The notes: a model not told the origin generated them from the sequence alone. Positions 1-13,358 are shown, counted from the first letter of the whole stretch. The stretch is DNA of 63,731 bases, filler included, from Octopus bimaculoides (GCF_001194135.2; 7 parts of 7 records of this genome joined end to end with filler, not necessarily neighbours in it); one strand, 5' to 3'. Program-made: numbers and translations.

Positions 1-1288
1 ATTTATGTATACACACACACACACTCCACACATGATTGTGTTGACCGAGGTTTCTTTCGTATTTTGCTTTTTTAAATTTAAGTTAAATGTATTTAGCTGC
101 TATTTCTAGCACACAGTAGAGCTGCTACCTTTCGGCTTCTTCACTGGCTGAAACAAACTTACTAATTAAGTACTTTAATCGATTATTTCTAAGTAGCACC
201 ATTCCACCCGGATTAAAGTTTGAAACCACTAATATCTATTATATACATATCTACAATCTTAAAGGGTCTCATAGCAATGGCGGTGACATTGGTGTGTATA
301 TGTGAAGGATAGAAAGAGAGAGAGAGAGAGGTAGAGGTAGAGGGTTTCTGCATATAAATTATAATGAGTGACGGATGTAATGTGGTTTGATGTGAAGTGC
401 TTGCAATCGATTTTTGAAAACTGATACTGATCAGTAATAAGCTAGCTGGTCGATGTCATGGCTGTCAACATGTAGTAGCTGCTCCAGTATGGTCCTAGGG
501 CGTGACGGCTAAAACAAAGAAATTAATGATGAACATTTTCTGTAAACATACACACAGACATGCTGACATTTGTTTGCATGTATGTATGTATGCTGGACCG
601 CTGAAATCTACAAGTTATTTTCATTCCGTCTGTTTATTTTCTCTTATTGATTGCTGTTGAGGAGCGTAGGCTTGAAACGTAAAAGACTTTTTCATTTTCC
701 CGAGCGTCAAGCTAATACACTTGCTTGTTGTTCATACGCCTGTCTTCATCTTTTGCTTTTCTATANNNNNNNNNNNNNNNNNNNNNNNNNNNNNNNNNNN
801 NNNNNNNNNNNNNNNNNNNNNNNNNNNNNNNNNNNNNNNNNNNNNNNNNNNNNNNNNNNNNNNNNATATATATATATATATATATATATGTATATGTATA
901 TATATGCATTATATATATATATATATGTATACATATATATATGCATATATAAATGTATATATGTATATATGCATCAACGTATGTGTATATATGTATATTA
1001 TACGTACACACGCACACATTCATATATATATATATATATTCTGGGTAATGTCTTCTCCGGGTATCGGCTACCGTATGTTATCATACAGCATCACTTCTCT
1101 GGTTACTGAATACACTTGTGGACATCCGCAATTTTGAATGAAATATAAACAGACACACACACAAAAATTAATACGAGAGAATGAACAGGCTTAATTATAA
1201 ATCAACACAGTGAATTGTAATACAGCCTGTTCAACCTATGTTTTCGTATTATATACATACATACATACATACATACATACATACATAC

Positions 1289-1566
1289 AACGCCGGTGTT
1301 TTAATGGTGGCAGCTGATGAAGGAGATGTTTCTATGTGGCTTGCTTGTTTGTTGTACCTTGTTTATCATTTTGTGCATGTTCTTTTGCCACGTCATGTAC
1401 CCAGTTATGTATCTATGTGTACATGTGGATGAAGGTATATACACACATGTACACATATATGCATATACTCATATATTGTTTATGTAGGTACAACAAGGTA
1501 CAACAAACAAGCAAGCCACATAGAAACATCTCCTTTATCAGCTGCCACCATTAAAACACCGGCGTT
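1289..1566. repeat. Inverted repeat, 75-bp arms with a 128-bp spacer
   Basis: 1289-1363 versus 1492-1566; one mismatch (CTGATGA vs CTGATAA). Confidence 0.92.
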
Positions 1567-1580
1567 TCGAAGAATATATA

Positions 1581-1855
1581 GGCGCAGGAGTGGCTGTGTG
1601 GTAAGTAGCTTGCTTACCAACCACATGGCACCTTGGGCAAGCGTCTTCTACTATAGCCTCGGGCCTACCAAAGCCTTGTGAGTGGATTTGGTAGACGGAA
1701 ACTGAAAGAAGCCTGTCATATATATGTATATATATATATGTGTGTGTGTATATGTTTGTGTGTCTGTGTTTGTCTTCCCAACATCGCTTGACAACCGATG
1801 CTGGTGTGTTTACGTCCCCGTAAATTAGCGGTTCGGCAAAAGAGATCGATAGAAT
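1581..1855 (+). mobile_element. SINE family A, B-box region deleted, ends at a gap
   Basis: Same head and body as 2895-3274; about 25 nt missing near 1628. Confidence 0.9.
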
Positions 1856-2144
1856 NNNNNNNNNNNNNNNNNNNNNNNNNNNNNNNNNNNNNNNNNNNNN
1901 NNNNNNNNNNNNNNNNNNNNNNNNNNNNNNNNNNNNNNNNNNNNNNNNNNNNNNNNNNNNNNNNNNNNNNNNNNNNNNNNNNNNNNNNNNNNNNNNNNNN
2001 NNNNNNNNNNNNNNNNNNNNNNNNNNNNNNNNNNNNNNNNNNNNNNNNNNNNNNNNNNNNNNNNNNNNNNNNNNNNNNNNNNNNNNNNNNNNNNNNNNNN
2101 NNNNNNNNNNNNNNNNNNNNNNNNNNNNNNNNNNNNNNNNNNNN

Positions 2145-2211
<67 letters not shown>

Positions 2212-2598
2212 ATGCATACCTATAGTGTAGGAGGCACCGCCAATATCAAGTGAAGGTATGACCGTTTTTACGACCACAGGGAAGAACGGAAAATCATATT
2301 TCATTGCTATCTCCCACCCATTCCTCCGTCATGGACATTTTTTTTCTCTCTCCTTCTGTTTCTCCTTGATCTTGTTTTCCACTTCTGTCATTCCGTTTCC
2401 CATTGTCGCCCTCTCACTTTTGTTTGTTCATCATATTTCTCCTCCATTCATAATCGTGTTTTTTTCTTCCCGTTCTCCCCCCACACTCTCTCTCTGTCTC
2501 TCTCTCTCTATGTATGTTTGTATGCCTGTACGTACGTACGTATCTACCTATATATACTCTCATCATAGAGCATACATGTCTTTGAATATATTAATGCT

Positions 2599-2663
<65 letters not shown>

Positions 2664-2734
2664 GTGTGTGTGTGTGTATATATATATGTGTGCGTGTGTG
2701 TATATATATGTGTGTGTGTGTATATATATATATG

Positions 2735-2767
<33 letters not shown>

Positions 2768-2840
2768 ATATATATATGTGTATGTGTGTGTGTATATATA
2801 TATGTGTGTGTGTGTATATATATATATATGTGTGTGTGTG

Positions 2841-2894
<54 letters not shown>

Positions 2895-2895
<1 letters not shown>

Positions 2896-3274
2896 TATTT
2901 TATTTGTTTTAGTCATTTGACTGCGGTCATGCTGGAGCACCGCCTGCAGTCGAACAATTCGACCCCAGGACTTATTCTTTGTAAGCCTAGTGCTGATTCT
3001 ATCGGGGTTCTTTTGCCGAACCGCTATGTTACGAGGACGTAATCACACCAGCATCGGTTGTCAAGCGATGGTGGTTGGGTGGACAAACACATACACACAC
3101 ACATATATATACGACGGGCTTCTTTCAGTTTCCGTCTACCAAATCCACTCACAAGGCTTTGGTCAGCCCGAGGCTATAGTAGAAGACACTTGCCCAAGGT
3201 GCCAAGCAGTGAGACTGAACCCAGAGCCATGTGGTTAGTAAGCAAGCTACTTACCACACAGCCACTCCTGCGCC
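2895..3274 (-). mobile_element. tRNA-derived SINE family A, full copy
   Basis: Head GGCGCAGGAGTGGCTGTGTGGTAAG, B box GGTTCAGTC, body CACCTTGGGCAAGTGTCTTCTACTATAGCCTCGGG, tail GCAGTCAAATGACTAAAACAAATAAAA. Confidence 0.9.
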
Positions 3275-3279
3275 TATAA

Positions 3280-3320
<41 letters not shown>

Positions 3321-3979
3321 TAGATAGAGATAGAGATAGTGTGAGAGAAAATGAAAAAGCAAGGCTTTTGACTTCCCTTGAAAAACGTTTAATTTGAAAA
3401 GAGTTCTATATAAAATACATTCATACATGTATGTATTCTTGATTCAAAGTTCTCGTAGACCAGTATTCAAATATAAGTATACACGGGTGTATATACGTAT
3501 GAACGCATATTTATACAAATGTATGTATGTGTACACACACACACGCATATATATATATATATATGCATACATTTATGTGTATGTGATTTTATCTGCGCAA
3601 ACATGACGTACATCTTGGTATTTAAATCTGTCTGTCTCCGTTCTCTCTCCATCCACCCCCACCTTTCCTCTGTACTCTACCTCTTCATCAGTCCGTCTGT
3701 CTGTCATTCACTTGTTTCTTCAGATGAGCTGACAGATTTTATTTATTTATTTATTTATTTATTTATTTGCTGAGGGAATTTCTGCCGATTTTTCAGTCTT
3801 CACCGCGACTCCTCTTTCTATCTCTGCCTCTTTCATTCTCTCTCTCTCTCTCTCTCTTTCTCTCTTTCTCTCTCAAATTTGTCAGTCTTTGGAATTTCTT
3901 TGGTGTGTTGGTGTATTCTTCATCTTGCTTTGTCTAGTCGTTTTGTTTAAATATCTCCTGTTCACACCAACATATGTAA

Positions 3980-4021
<42 letters not shown>

Positions 4022-4220
4022 TACAGACACGCATATATAATATGATACTATATATATGTGTGTGTGAGGATGCATTTATATATACATATATACACAAATA
4101 CAAACATTTATATCACTTTAATTATGATGCTTTGATGTTTATGCATTTATTTCCGTTTTTTTTTCCTCGTGCTTTCATTTCAACGTTTAAAAGCCATCCT
4201 CTTTACAGGCGCACATCGCA

Positions 4221-4256
<36 letters not shown>

Positions 4257-4805
4257 TGTATATATGTATGTATGTGTGTATATATGCATACACCGAAGCT
4301 GTCTCGGTAACTGATACTCTCCATGTTTTCACTTCAACGTTCTTATCTCAAGAGGGATTTTCAAGAGACAGAGAGAGAGAGAGTGTGTGTGTGTACTTCA
4401 GTGTGCTGCTACTTGTCAGAGAGAGGGAGAGAGAGAGACGCTGTGTGTGTGTGTATGTGTGAAAAAGATTAAGTTTTTGTATGTGGTTGAGAGCAGACCT
4501 GATCAGAGACATCCAAACCATGACAATGTCGTCTTTTTAGCAATGTGCAGCGAACTCTACACCAGATTATCGAAATGTCTTCATTCCGAAGAATATGGTT
4601 TTTTGATTTAAGGGGAGATTCGTCCGCTATTTCGAGACGGTCTTTCGTCGGTTGGTTTATGTAATGATTAAATATTACAAATTAAAAGGGTAAAGGATTA
4701 TCAATTTATTAATTAATAAATCAATAAATAATTAATAATTTTTACCAAGCCCATCGGTATGAAAGCACCATTATTGGTGGAGAACTTATTCAAAAGTTCA
4801 TATAT

Positions 4806-5136
4806 TTATAAATATAATTACGGGATCAGCAAAATATTTGCTTCACCATATACCGAAGTTCAGAAAATAGCAGCTAAAAAAGCTGAGAATCTCACAGATA
4901 GCATCACTTGTAACTCACAAAGGCAAAAACAAGAAGAAAAAAACAATGGAAAACTAACCAATTCAGATGATTAACAGGAATTGGTTAGTTTTCCATTGTT
5001 TTTTTCTTCTTGTTTTTGCCTTTGTATGTTACAAGTGATGCTATATGTGAGATTCTCAGCTTTTTTAGCTGCTATTTTCTGAACTTCGGTATATGGTGAA
5101 GCAAATATTTTGCTGATCCCTTAATTATATTTATAA
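4806..5136. repeat. Long inverted repeat, 159-bp arms with a 13-nt loop
   Basis: 4806-4964 is the reverse complement of 4978-5136, with about 4 mismatches by eye. Confidence 0.95.
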
Positions 5137-5200
5137 TGATTAAATATGTAGGCATGAATCAGTTGTGTGTGGGTGTATATATAATTGCAGTTGTTGTGTT

Positions 5201-5242
<42 letters not shown>

Positions 5243-5381
5243 CACACACACATATATGTATATTTGTATGTGTATGTATAAATTAGGTATATATATATAT
5301 ATATATATAAAGATTTACTTTTCGTAATGAAATAAAAAAAAACCAAGGCTGTGTATATTTTAGAATATCTATAAATAGAAG

Positions 5382-5429
5382 GTCTTACAGCTGTTTCCAG
5401 GATATTTATTATATCCCTTCATCGGAGAC
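5382..5429 (-). ncRNA. Minimal type I hammerhead-like motif (core U4C variant)
   Basis: Minus strand: GUCU-CCGAUGA-A-GGGAUAU(AAUAA)AUAUCCU-G-GAAAC-AGCU-GUA-AGAC. Stem I GUCU/AGAC, 7-bp stem II, palindromic ACAGCUGU stem III. Core is CCGAUGA rather than CUGAUGA. Confidence 0.65.
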
Positions 5430-6544
5430 GGTGTGAAAAGATGGTTAAGCAATAGTTAATTTAGATAAGATACGAAATAGGTTATGAGAGGTAATGGTGT
5501 CAGTAAGACCCAAAGGTGTCAGGTAATGCTGAGTAGTGATTATGCGAATAAGGAGTCCAACGTAGGTAATATATCAATCACCGTGTGTATTTATAAAAAA
5601 TAAAAAAAAATTTCCAGAATCAGATAAAAAACCAAGGCTGTTAAAATTTGTGTGGAAAGTAGACTGCTTACCAACCACATGAGGACTGGTTGTTGTCGCT
5701 GTTGTTAAACCGAGGTTCATCCTGAAGTGAAGCGAATTATGATTAATAATTAAAAGAAAAAAAGTACGTTGTTGTATTCTTCCTTTTTTTAAAAAAATTT
5801 TTTTAAGATAGCATGGTCGGATCTTTTGAGAGATTTGGCTGTTATTTCTACCAGATCAAGCTACTGTGTTGGTTTGTAAGTCGTGATATATATATTTATA
5901 GATGAGTACCTGTGTGTGTGAAGGAGAGAGAGAGAGAGAGAGAGGGATTCTGGGGAAGCGCAAATGTGTAAGTTAAGTAAGGCGTGTTAGTTGTTTAATA
6001 TATCATTTCTGAGCTCAATAAAGTTGACCAAACTTTGAACTGTTGGTATCATGAAGATGGAAGGGAAAATTCTTGTATACAGGACACGTTCTTCACTATG
6101 CCGTTGTCTGAGAAACGTTGGATATTGATAAGGCGTTAGTGAGTAGTAACGAAGGGAAGCCATATTTTTTATGGACAAACGGATACTAAAGCATAAAGAG
6201 AGGAATAAGCAGAAACTTTTAATATAGATTTCAGATTGTGATTACGTTAACGCTTTATCTGTGCCCAGGAAGTATCTCCTGGGCATTCATGCATCGTATA
6301 TGATACTCATTAGTAATTTTTTCCAACCACCAGAATAACATGGAGCTCATGAAATGAAAGGTTTATAATTCTCAGAATGTATGAAACAAGGTCTAAGTCT
6401 GAAAACAAGTGTGGGTGTTTAGAACAAACAGATAAAATGCTTTGGACAGTCAAAGAGTTAAATTGTCGCATGCAAAAATAGGCTATGTATACATAATAAT
6501 ATTAATGACTATGTGTAATACATTCATTTGTATGGTAAACAGGA

Positions 6545-6576
<32 letters not shown>

Positions 6577-7006
6577 GGGATTTAAAGGTTTCGTGCAAAC
6601 ATCAATATGGTTGCCGTACTAATCAACAGATGTTTTTTGTATCCGCTTGCAAACGAGCGGCTGCATTACGTACAAACAGACATATTATATACGCACGCAA
6701 TATGCACACCTATTTGTCGATAGGCAGACGTACAGTCATACAAACATGTACACATACATATGTATAGGAGACACTTAGACATGAAAACAGTAGACTAATT
6801 ACGAAACTGAGCAACGAAGGAAATGCAGCTTGCTTTTTGACTGCTGCACTATGAAAGCCCAATTCACTGAATTTATGGAGAATGCAGAATACATTAGAAG
6901 TACTGGATAGATCGTTTAAGTGCGCTTAGTCGTTCGACTCACCTGCGTTCTGTAGCTCTCTACTCTCTTAGAGCTGACCTTTGATTTGCTAACAAGAACA
7001 ACTATC

Positions 7007-7034
<28 letters not shown>

Positions 7035-7037
<3 letters not shown>

Positions 7038-7841
7038 ATAGGGTAAAAATCATATATTAATTAATATCGATTAATTACCAGGAAACTAGCACATTTAAAG
7101 AATCAAAAAGATTCAGAAACAATATCTGCAATCTCAGGGGATTAAAGTATATTTTTATATATAACGTTGACNNNNNNNNNNNNNNNNNNNNNNNNNNNNN
7201 NNNNNNNNNNNNNNNNNNNNNNNNNNNNNNNNNNNNNNNNNNNNNNNNNNNNNNNNNNNNNNNNNNNNNNNNNNNNNNNNNNNNNNNNNNNNNNNNNNNN
7301 NNNNNNNNNNNNNNNNNNNNNNNNNNNNNNNNNNNNNNNNNNNNNNNNNNNNNNNNNNNNNNNNNNNNNNNNNNNNNNNNNNNNNNNNNNNNNNNNNNNN
7401 NNNNNNNNNNNNNNNNNNNNNNNNNNNNNNNNNNNNNNNNNNNNNNNNNNNNNNNNNNNNNNNNNNNNNNNNNNNNNNNNNNNNNNNNNNNNNNNNNNNN
7501 NNNNNNNNNNNNNNNNNNNNNNNNNNNNNNNNNNNNNNNNNNNNNNNNNNNNNNNNNNNNNNNNGTATGTGGTTCTGTTAATTACAGCTTAATGGTAAAA
7601 TTCAAAAGTCTTCGTTTTGGCGCGCCAATTCCAGGAATATGTCTGCAGAAAATATTTACTGCGTCGCATATATCTAGTTTGAGAACTTTGGTTACGGTTA
7701 ATACATTAACATAGGGTAAAAATCATATATTAATTAATATCGATTAATTACCAGGAAGCTAGCACATTTAAAGAATCAAAGAGATTCAGAAACAATATCT
7801 GCAATCTCAGGGGATTAAAGTATATTTTTATATATAACGTT

Positions 7842-7844
<3 letters not shown>
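7035..7844 (+). repeat. 137-bp direct duplication across a gap (7035-7171 and 7708-7844)
   Basis: Two A/G differences. The first copy ends exactly at the N run. Confidence 0.9.
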
Positions 7845-7876
<32 letters not shown>

Positions 7877-8119
7877 GTGTCTTAGGGCAGCTTTATTTTA
7901 GGGACTGCATTGAAACTTTATTTCAGATGTACACGATACGTACTATAACTTTTACCATCAGTTCACACACAGACACACACACACATATATAATAATAAAT
8001 ATTGTATCAAATATGTCCGGCTGATACGACCTATTCGTAAATTTAACGTCTATGTTGGCGGGGTATTCGAGAGGCGTGTTTACTTCATAATGTAATTTTC
8101 AGGCAGAACTATCTTGACA

Positions 8120-8300
8120 ACAATGGTTCCAAATTTTGGCACAAACCAGCAGTTTCAGGGGAGGGGTTAAGTCGATTAGATCAACTCCAATGCTCAACTA
8201 GCATTTTATCGATCTCGATGGGATGGCAGCCAAAGTCGACCCCAGCGGCATTTGAACTCAGAACGTAAAGACGGACGAAATTCCCCCCCAAGTATTTTTG
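8120..8300 (-). mobile_element. SINE family B
   Basis: CAAAGTCGACCCAGCGGCATTTGAACTCAGAACGTAAAGACGGACGAAAT. Confidence 0.8.
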
Positions 8301-8734
8301 CTTGACAATAATGATATGAACCTTTGAATTATAAGCTGTATCTATCCGTCTGGTTTCCATTGGACATATTTGTTATCCGTGACTTTAAAACCAAATTGGT
8401 ACTGTTTTCACGCGACGTCAACCGCAGAGTCCATAGCCTACACCGTGAAATGACCTGATGTGGGTCAGAGTTAGGTGTTAGGGTTGGGAGTTAGACTGCA
8501 AATTAAAATGTAAATGGTCAGGTAGACCGCATACTGAAGTGGCATTAGCAGATTTGCACATAGACAGTTCAACATACACACACAAAGAATAAAGATTTCG
8601 GTGTCAACTGTGTTTTTGAATGCAATACGAGATAATTTTAACGCTGGCTGTTATTCAATCAATTACTTCCTATGTGAGTTATTTGTTGTTTTACATTTTC
8701 AGATCAAATCTCAGTCGAGTTCACTTTAATCACC

Positions 8735-8904
8735 ACACATATCGTAAAAAGCTTGCTTCCCAACCACCTGGTTCCGGGTTCAGTCCCACTGCGTTGCACC
8801 TTGGGCAAGTGTCTTCTACTATAGCCTCGGACCGATAAAAGCCTTGTGAGTGAATTTGGTAGACGGAAACTGAAAGAAATCCGTCGTATATATATAGGTA
8901 TATG
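8735..8904 (+). mobile_element. SINE family A, 5' half
   Basis: GGTTCCGGGTTCAGTCCCACTGCG..CACCTTGGGCAAGTGTCTTC..GTAGACGGAAACTGAAAGAA. Confidence 0.88.
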
Positions 8905-10104
8905 NNNNNNNNNNNNNNNNNNNNNNNNNNNNNNNNNNNNNNNNNNNNNNNNNNNNNNNNNNNNNNNNNNNNNNNNNNNNNNNNNNNNNNNNNNNNNNNN
9001 NNNNNNNNNNNNNNNNNNNNNNNNNNNNNNNNNNNNNNNNNNNNNNNNNNNNNNNNNNNNNNNNNNNNNNNNNNNNNNNNNNNNNNNNNNNNNNNNNNNN
9101 NNNNNNNNNNNNNNNNNNNNNNNNNNNNNNNNNNNNNNNNNNNNNNNNNNNNNNNNNNNNNNNNNNNNNNNNNNNNNNNNNNNNNNNNNNNNNNNNNNNN
9201 NNGCATGTTTGTGTATGTATATGTGTCTGTGTGTGTTTGTATGTGTATGTATGTGTGAGTGTGTGAATGTATGTGTGTGTGTTTGTGCATGTATATGTGT
9301 GTGTGTGTATGTATAGTGTATATGTTTAACCCCAAGTAAACTCTGATTGAAAATATGATAAAAAGCATCCTATTTGTCGACATCCTGTCTTTTTTTCTCT
9401 TCTTTGGAAGCGTTATCTACGACCTCATTAAGGTAATGGGTCCTTTACAGCTTCTTAGAAGGCAGCGTGTAATTTATGGAACATTGGGCTGCTATTTCTG
9501 GGAGGTTGAGTGATTTCTATGTGTTTGTGTCTGTTTCTATTCAATAGTTCTACAAGTACGAAAAATAGAGAGTTAGAGGAAGAGGAGGAAATGCGCAGTG
9601 GAAAAGGGAACCACTTTAATTAAGGCCTGTGAATACTCGACTGTAACTAATTTTCAACTGATGCAGTGGAATTTTGTCAGTAACAAGGTCGCAGAGATGC
9701 CACGAAAAGTTTCGCTCTTAAACAGTAATCTAAAAGTGTATNNNNNNNNNNNNNNNNNNNNNNNNNNNNNNNNNNNNNNNNNNNNNNNNNNNNNNNNNNN
9801 NNNNNNNNNNNNNNNNNNNNNNNNNNNNNNNNNNNNNNNNNNNNNNNNNNNNNNNNNNNNNNNNNNNNNNNNNNNNNNNNNNNNNNNNNNNNNNNNNNNN
9901 NNNNNNNNNNNNNNNNNNNNNNNNNNNNNNNNNNNNNNNNNNNNNNNNNNNNNNNNNNNNNACATACGCACACGCGTGTATGTGTGTGGATTTATGTGTT
10001 TGGAATGTATACTAAAAATTTCAGACTAGTGTCCTGCACGTGTGTACGTGAATGTAGAATGAATGCGTTCTTGTTTATTTTCTGACAGGTTTGTGAATTT
10101 AAAG

Positions 10105-10135
<31 letters not shown>

Positions 10136-10293
10136 CGGAGACAGATAGACAGAGTATATGTATTTAAGCTGTCTATACTGTGTGACTTACACGAGGGCTT
10201 ATAGTTTCGTACCAAAGCACTGATCAAATTTTATTATAAAAGATGAAACTACAGCAACTATTCATTGAAATTCTCTTTTCCCTCGTTTGCAAA

Positions 10294-10324
<31 letters not shown>

Positions 10325-10924
10325 CACATTCACGCCCACATCAAAAAGACTTAAGTGGATAAATAGATACAGAACAAGCCCACATACATGCATACATACA
10401 TACGTACGCACACACATGTGATTGATTCTGTGGAAGGGGGGATGACAGCAATTTATCAATACTTTTTGTCTAAGAAATCGATAAAAGCGATCTGTTTCTC
10501 TCGTTAGTGATCGTATATAGTATTATAGTAGTTCTATGAGAGTATATACTATAATATTGCCAGTTAACGCTGTGATTGTCTCACCACGAAGCCTCTTTAT
10601 AAAAGTGACATGATAGTGCTAACGCTTGGCGTTTTTTCCTTTTTTTATTAATTAATTACAACTATTCTGTTACCGTGTTAGAGGATTGTTGAATGGATGG
10701 ATGGATGTCTGGTATATGGGAAGAGCTCAGAAAGGTATGGCAAAGTATATTGAATAAATTTGTCTAAGCCATATATACAGTTGAGTATAGACTGGTTACT
10801 AGTATGGTTACACACATATATATATATATACATACACACACACATACATATATAGTACATATATATATATATACTTACATACACACACATATATAGATAT
10901 ATATGTATGTGTCACAGTATCAAC

Positions 10925-11065
10925 CAGACAATGAGATGCTATTGCGTATCGTTGGTCACAATGCGCTTCCAATTCTATCTTTATTGCGCCATTCTTTTCT
11001 ATCTTGACCCCAGTCACTTTAAATCATCTTCCCATCGTTGTGGAACCTTCCAGGTGCCCTTTACC
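10925..11065 (-). mobile_element. Possible RTE-like LINE 3' remnant
   Basis: Broken W.DDLK..G...MAQ.R.NWKRIV pattern. Confidence 0.4.
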
Positions 11066-11071
11066 ACGTGT

Positions 11072-11109
<38 letters not shown>

Positions 11110-11657
11110 GGACTTCCATTGATTTCAGTGATGTATATTTCATCTGTTAGATCTGGCTGAGTATTTCACAGACCTTTGAATCTGTGACATAATTATGAAT
11201 GTTGTATCATCAGCCTGATACTATATGACAAGTCGGACCCTTTGAATGAGCGCTACAAGGCCATGTGATGGGCGGGCTTCCAAATAGTTTCCGTTCCGTC
11301 TACTCATTTCCACTTACAACACTTGGGTCGTCTCGAGACACTTTCTCAAGCTGCAGCGCTGTGAGATCGAAACGAACTTCCTTCAATTTGTTAATATCGG
11401 TTGTTTTATTTTTGTGACAGAAATGTAATGGCGAGAATTGAACGTTGAACAGCGAACACAGGCCTCTGGCTTCCGTCTAATATTCTATTTCATGTAAGTC
11501 TGTATCTTGTCTATAGGATTTCACTGGTATTTCTTTATGACAAGGAACCCCCGCCTTGCAGAATGGAATTTAAAGTCGACTTTGGCGAGATTTGAACTCG
11601 CAATCTCAATTATTGTTTCATACTTGCTAAAACATCACAAATCACTGCTTAATAATG

Positions 11658-11688
<31 letters not shown>

Positions 11689-12180
11689 CCTAGTTTACAC
11701 CCACCCACGCACACATACGTCGTAATATCTCATACGCCCACACAGTATAGTAGTTGTAGTTTACCAGTCTAGCTTCCAGCCTGTTCTTGTCCAACTGACC
11801 AAAGCCGTTCCAGGCGTGACCAAATTGTAATGGTTTATCGAGAAATGCATTTCGTCAATGTAGTTATTGTCCCTTCTTTTTAATATGTAATTCGAGGCAA
11901 ATTCGGTTACTGTTTCTAACAACATGGCCGACTACACGCAAGCGCCATCTTCGGCTCAAGTATAGTAGTGTTTCAATAGAATAGAGATATAGTATAACTT
12001 TAGCAACGACAACAACAAAATTCTCGATAAAATTACGATCCCATAGTGTTGACCTATTTCTCCTGCTTAATAGAATAGCTGTGCTATCGGTGGAAGCTAT
12101 ATCCGACTTGATGCTGAATAGTTCGCAATAGTGACCTATTTCCATATCAGCATAGCTGTTCTATTATTCTGTATATTATT

Positions 12181-12351
12181 GTGTGTGTGTGTGTATATAT
12201 ATGTATTTATATATATGTATTTTTATATATGTATTTTTATATATGTATTTATATATATATATTTATATATATATATATTTATATTTATATATATATTTAT
12301 ATATATATATATTTATATATATATATTCATATATATATATATATATATATA

Positions 12352-12409
<58 letters not shown>

Positions 12410-13204
12410 TATATATATATATATATATATTTACACACACACACACACACACACGCACACATATATATATATGCATACATATATACATAGACGCATAATA
12501 GTAAATATGTTTATTTGTATGTGTAGGTGTATATAATAGTGACTAAACTAGTAGAACATGCATCTGTATATATTATATATGTGGGTGTGTATGTATGTAT
12601 ACATACATCTATAAATATATGTTTATGTATATGTATATATATATATATGCATATGGATATAATTATAAATATGCACACGTTTAATTACATAGATATTTAT
12701 ATACGATATAGATGATATATATATATAATTTTTATAAATAATACATATATTGAGATATACATATACATACATGCATACACACACACACATGCACACACCG
12801 ATGCATATACATACTTAGATGTGTATATACCTACACATGCCTATATAAGTTTTATGAAATTAATTCCTAATACAAATTATCTCCCCCTATTTTTCAGAGT
12901 CGCTAATAGTTGGAGTCAGGTTTTGGCTTTCTTTCTCCAACTAAGAGGAAGATATTAGTTAACAATGTCTTGTGATTATCTTCAATTATTACATTACCCC
13001 TTAACTTGTTAATTTAAACTCATGCCTTTGGCCCTTAATTTTATATAAACAAAGCTTTTTCTTTCTATTCATCCATTTAAATTCATCCATTTATCCCTCT
13101 AAATACATAAACGCACACATACGTGTGTGTATGTACATACATTTTTATGTTTGTATGTATGTGTATTATATATATGTGTGTATATATATGTGTGTGTATG
13201 TATG

Positions 13205-13250
<46 letters not shown>

Positions 13251-13313
13251 TGTTTACGTAAGTAATATCTACGTGTATATGCATACATGTGTATACAGTT
13301 GTGAGCGTATGTA

Positions 13314-13358
<45 letters not shown>

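Noticed and set aside
651-3042. Many ORFs of 100-380 aa rich in YI/HT/CV/X here and throughout the window
   Set aside because: Translations of dinucleotide microsatellites and N gaps.
12240-12430. Periodic (TA)n blocks separated by TTC/TTT, superficially array-like; similar at 2608-2895 and 13930-14137
   Set aside because: Compound microsatellite or minisatellite with no unique spacers; not CRISPR-like.
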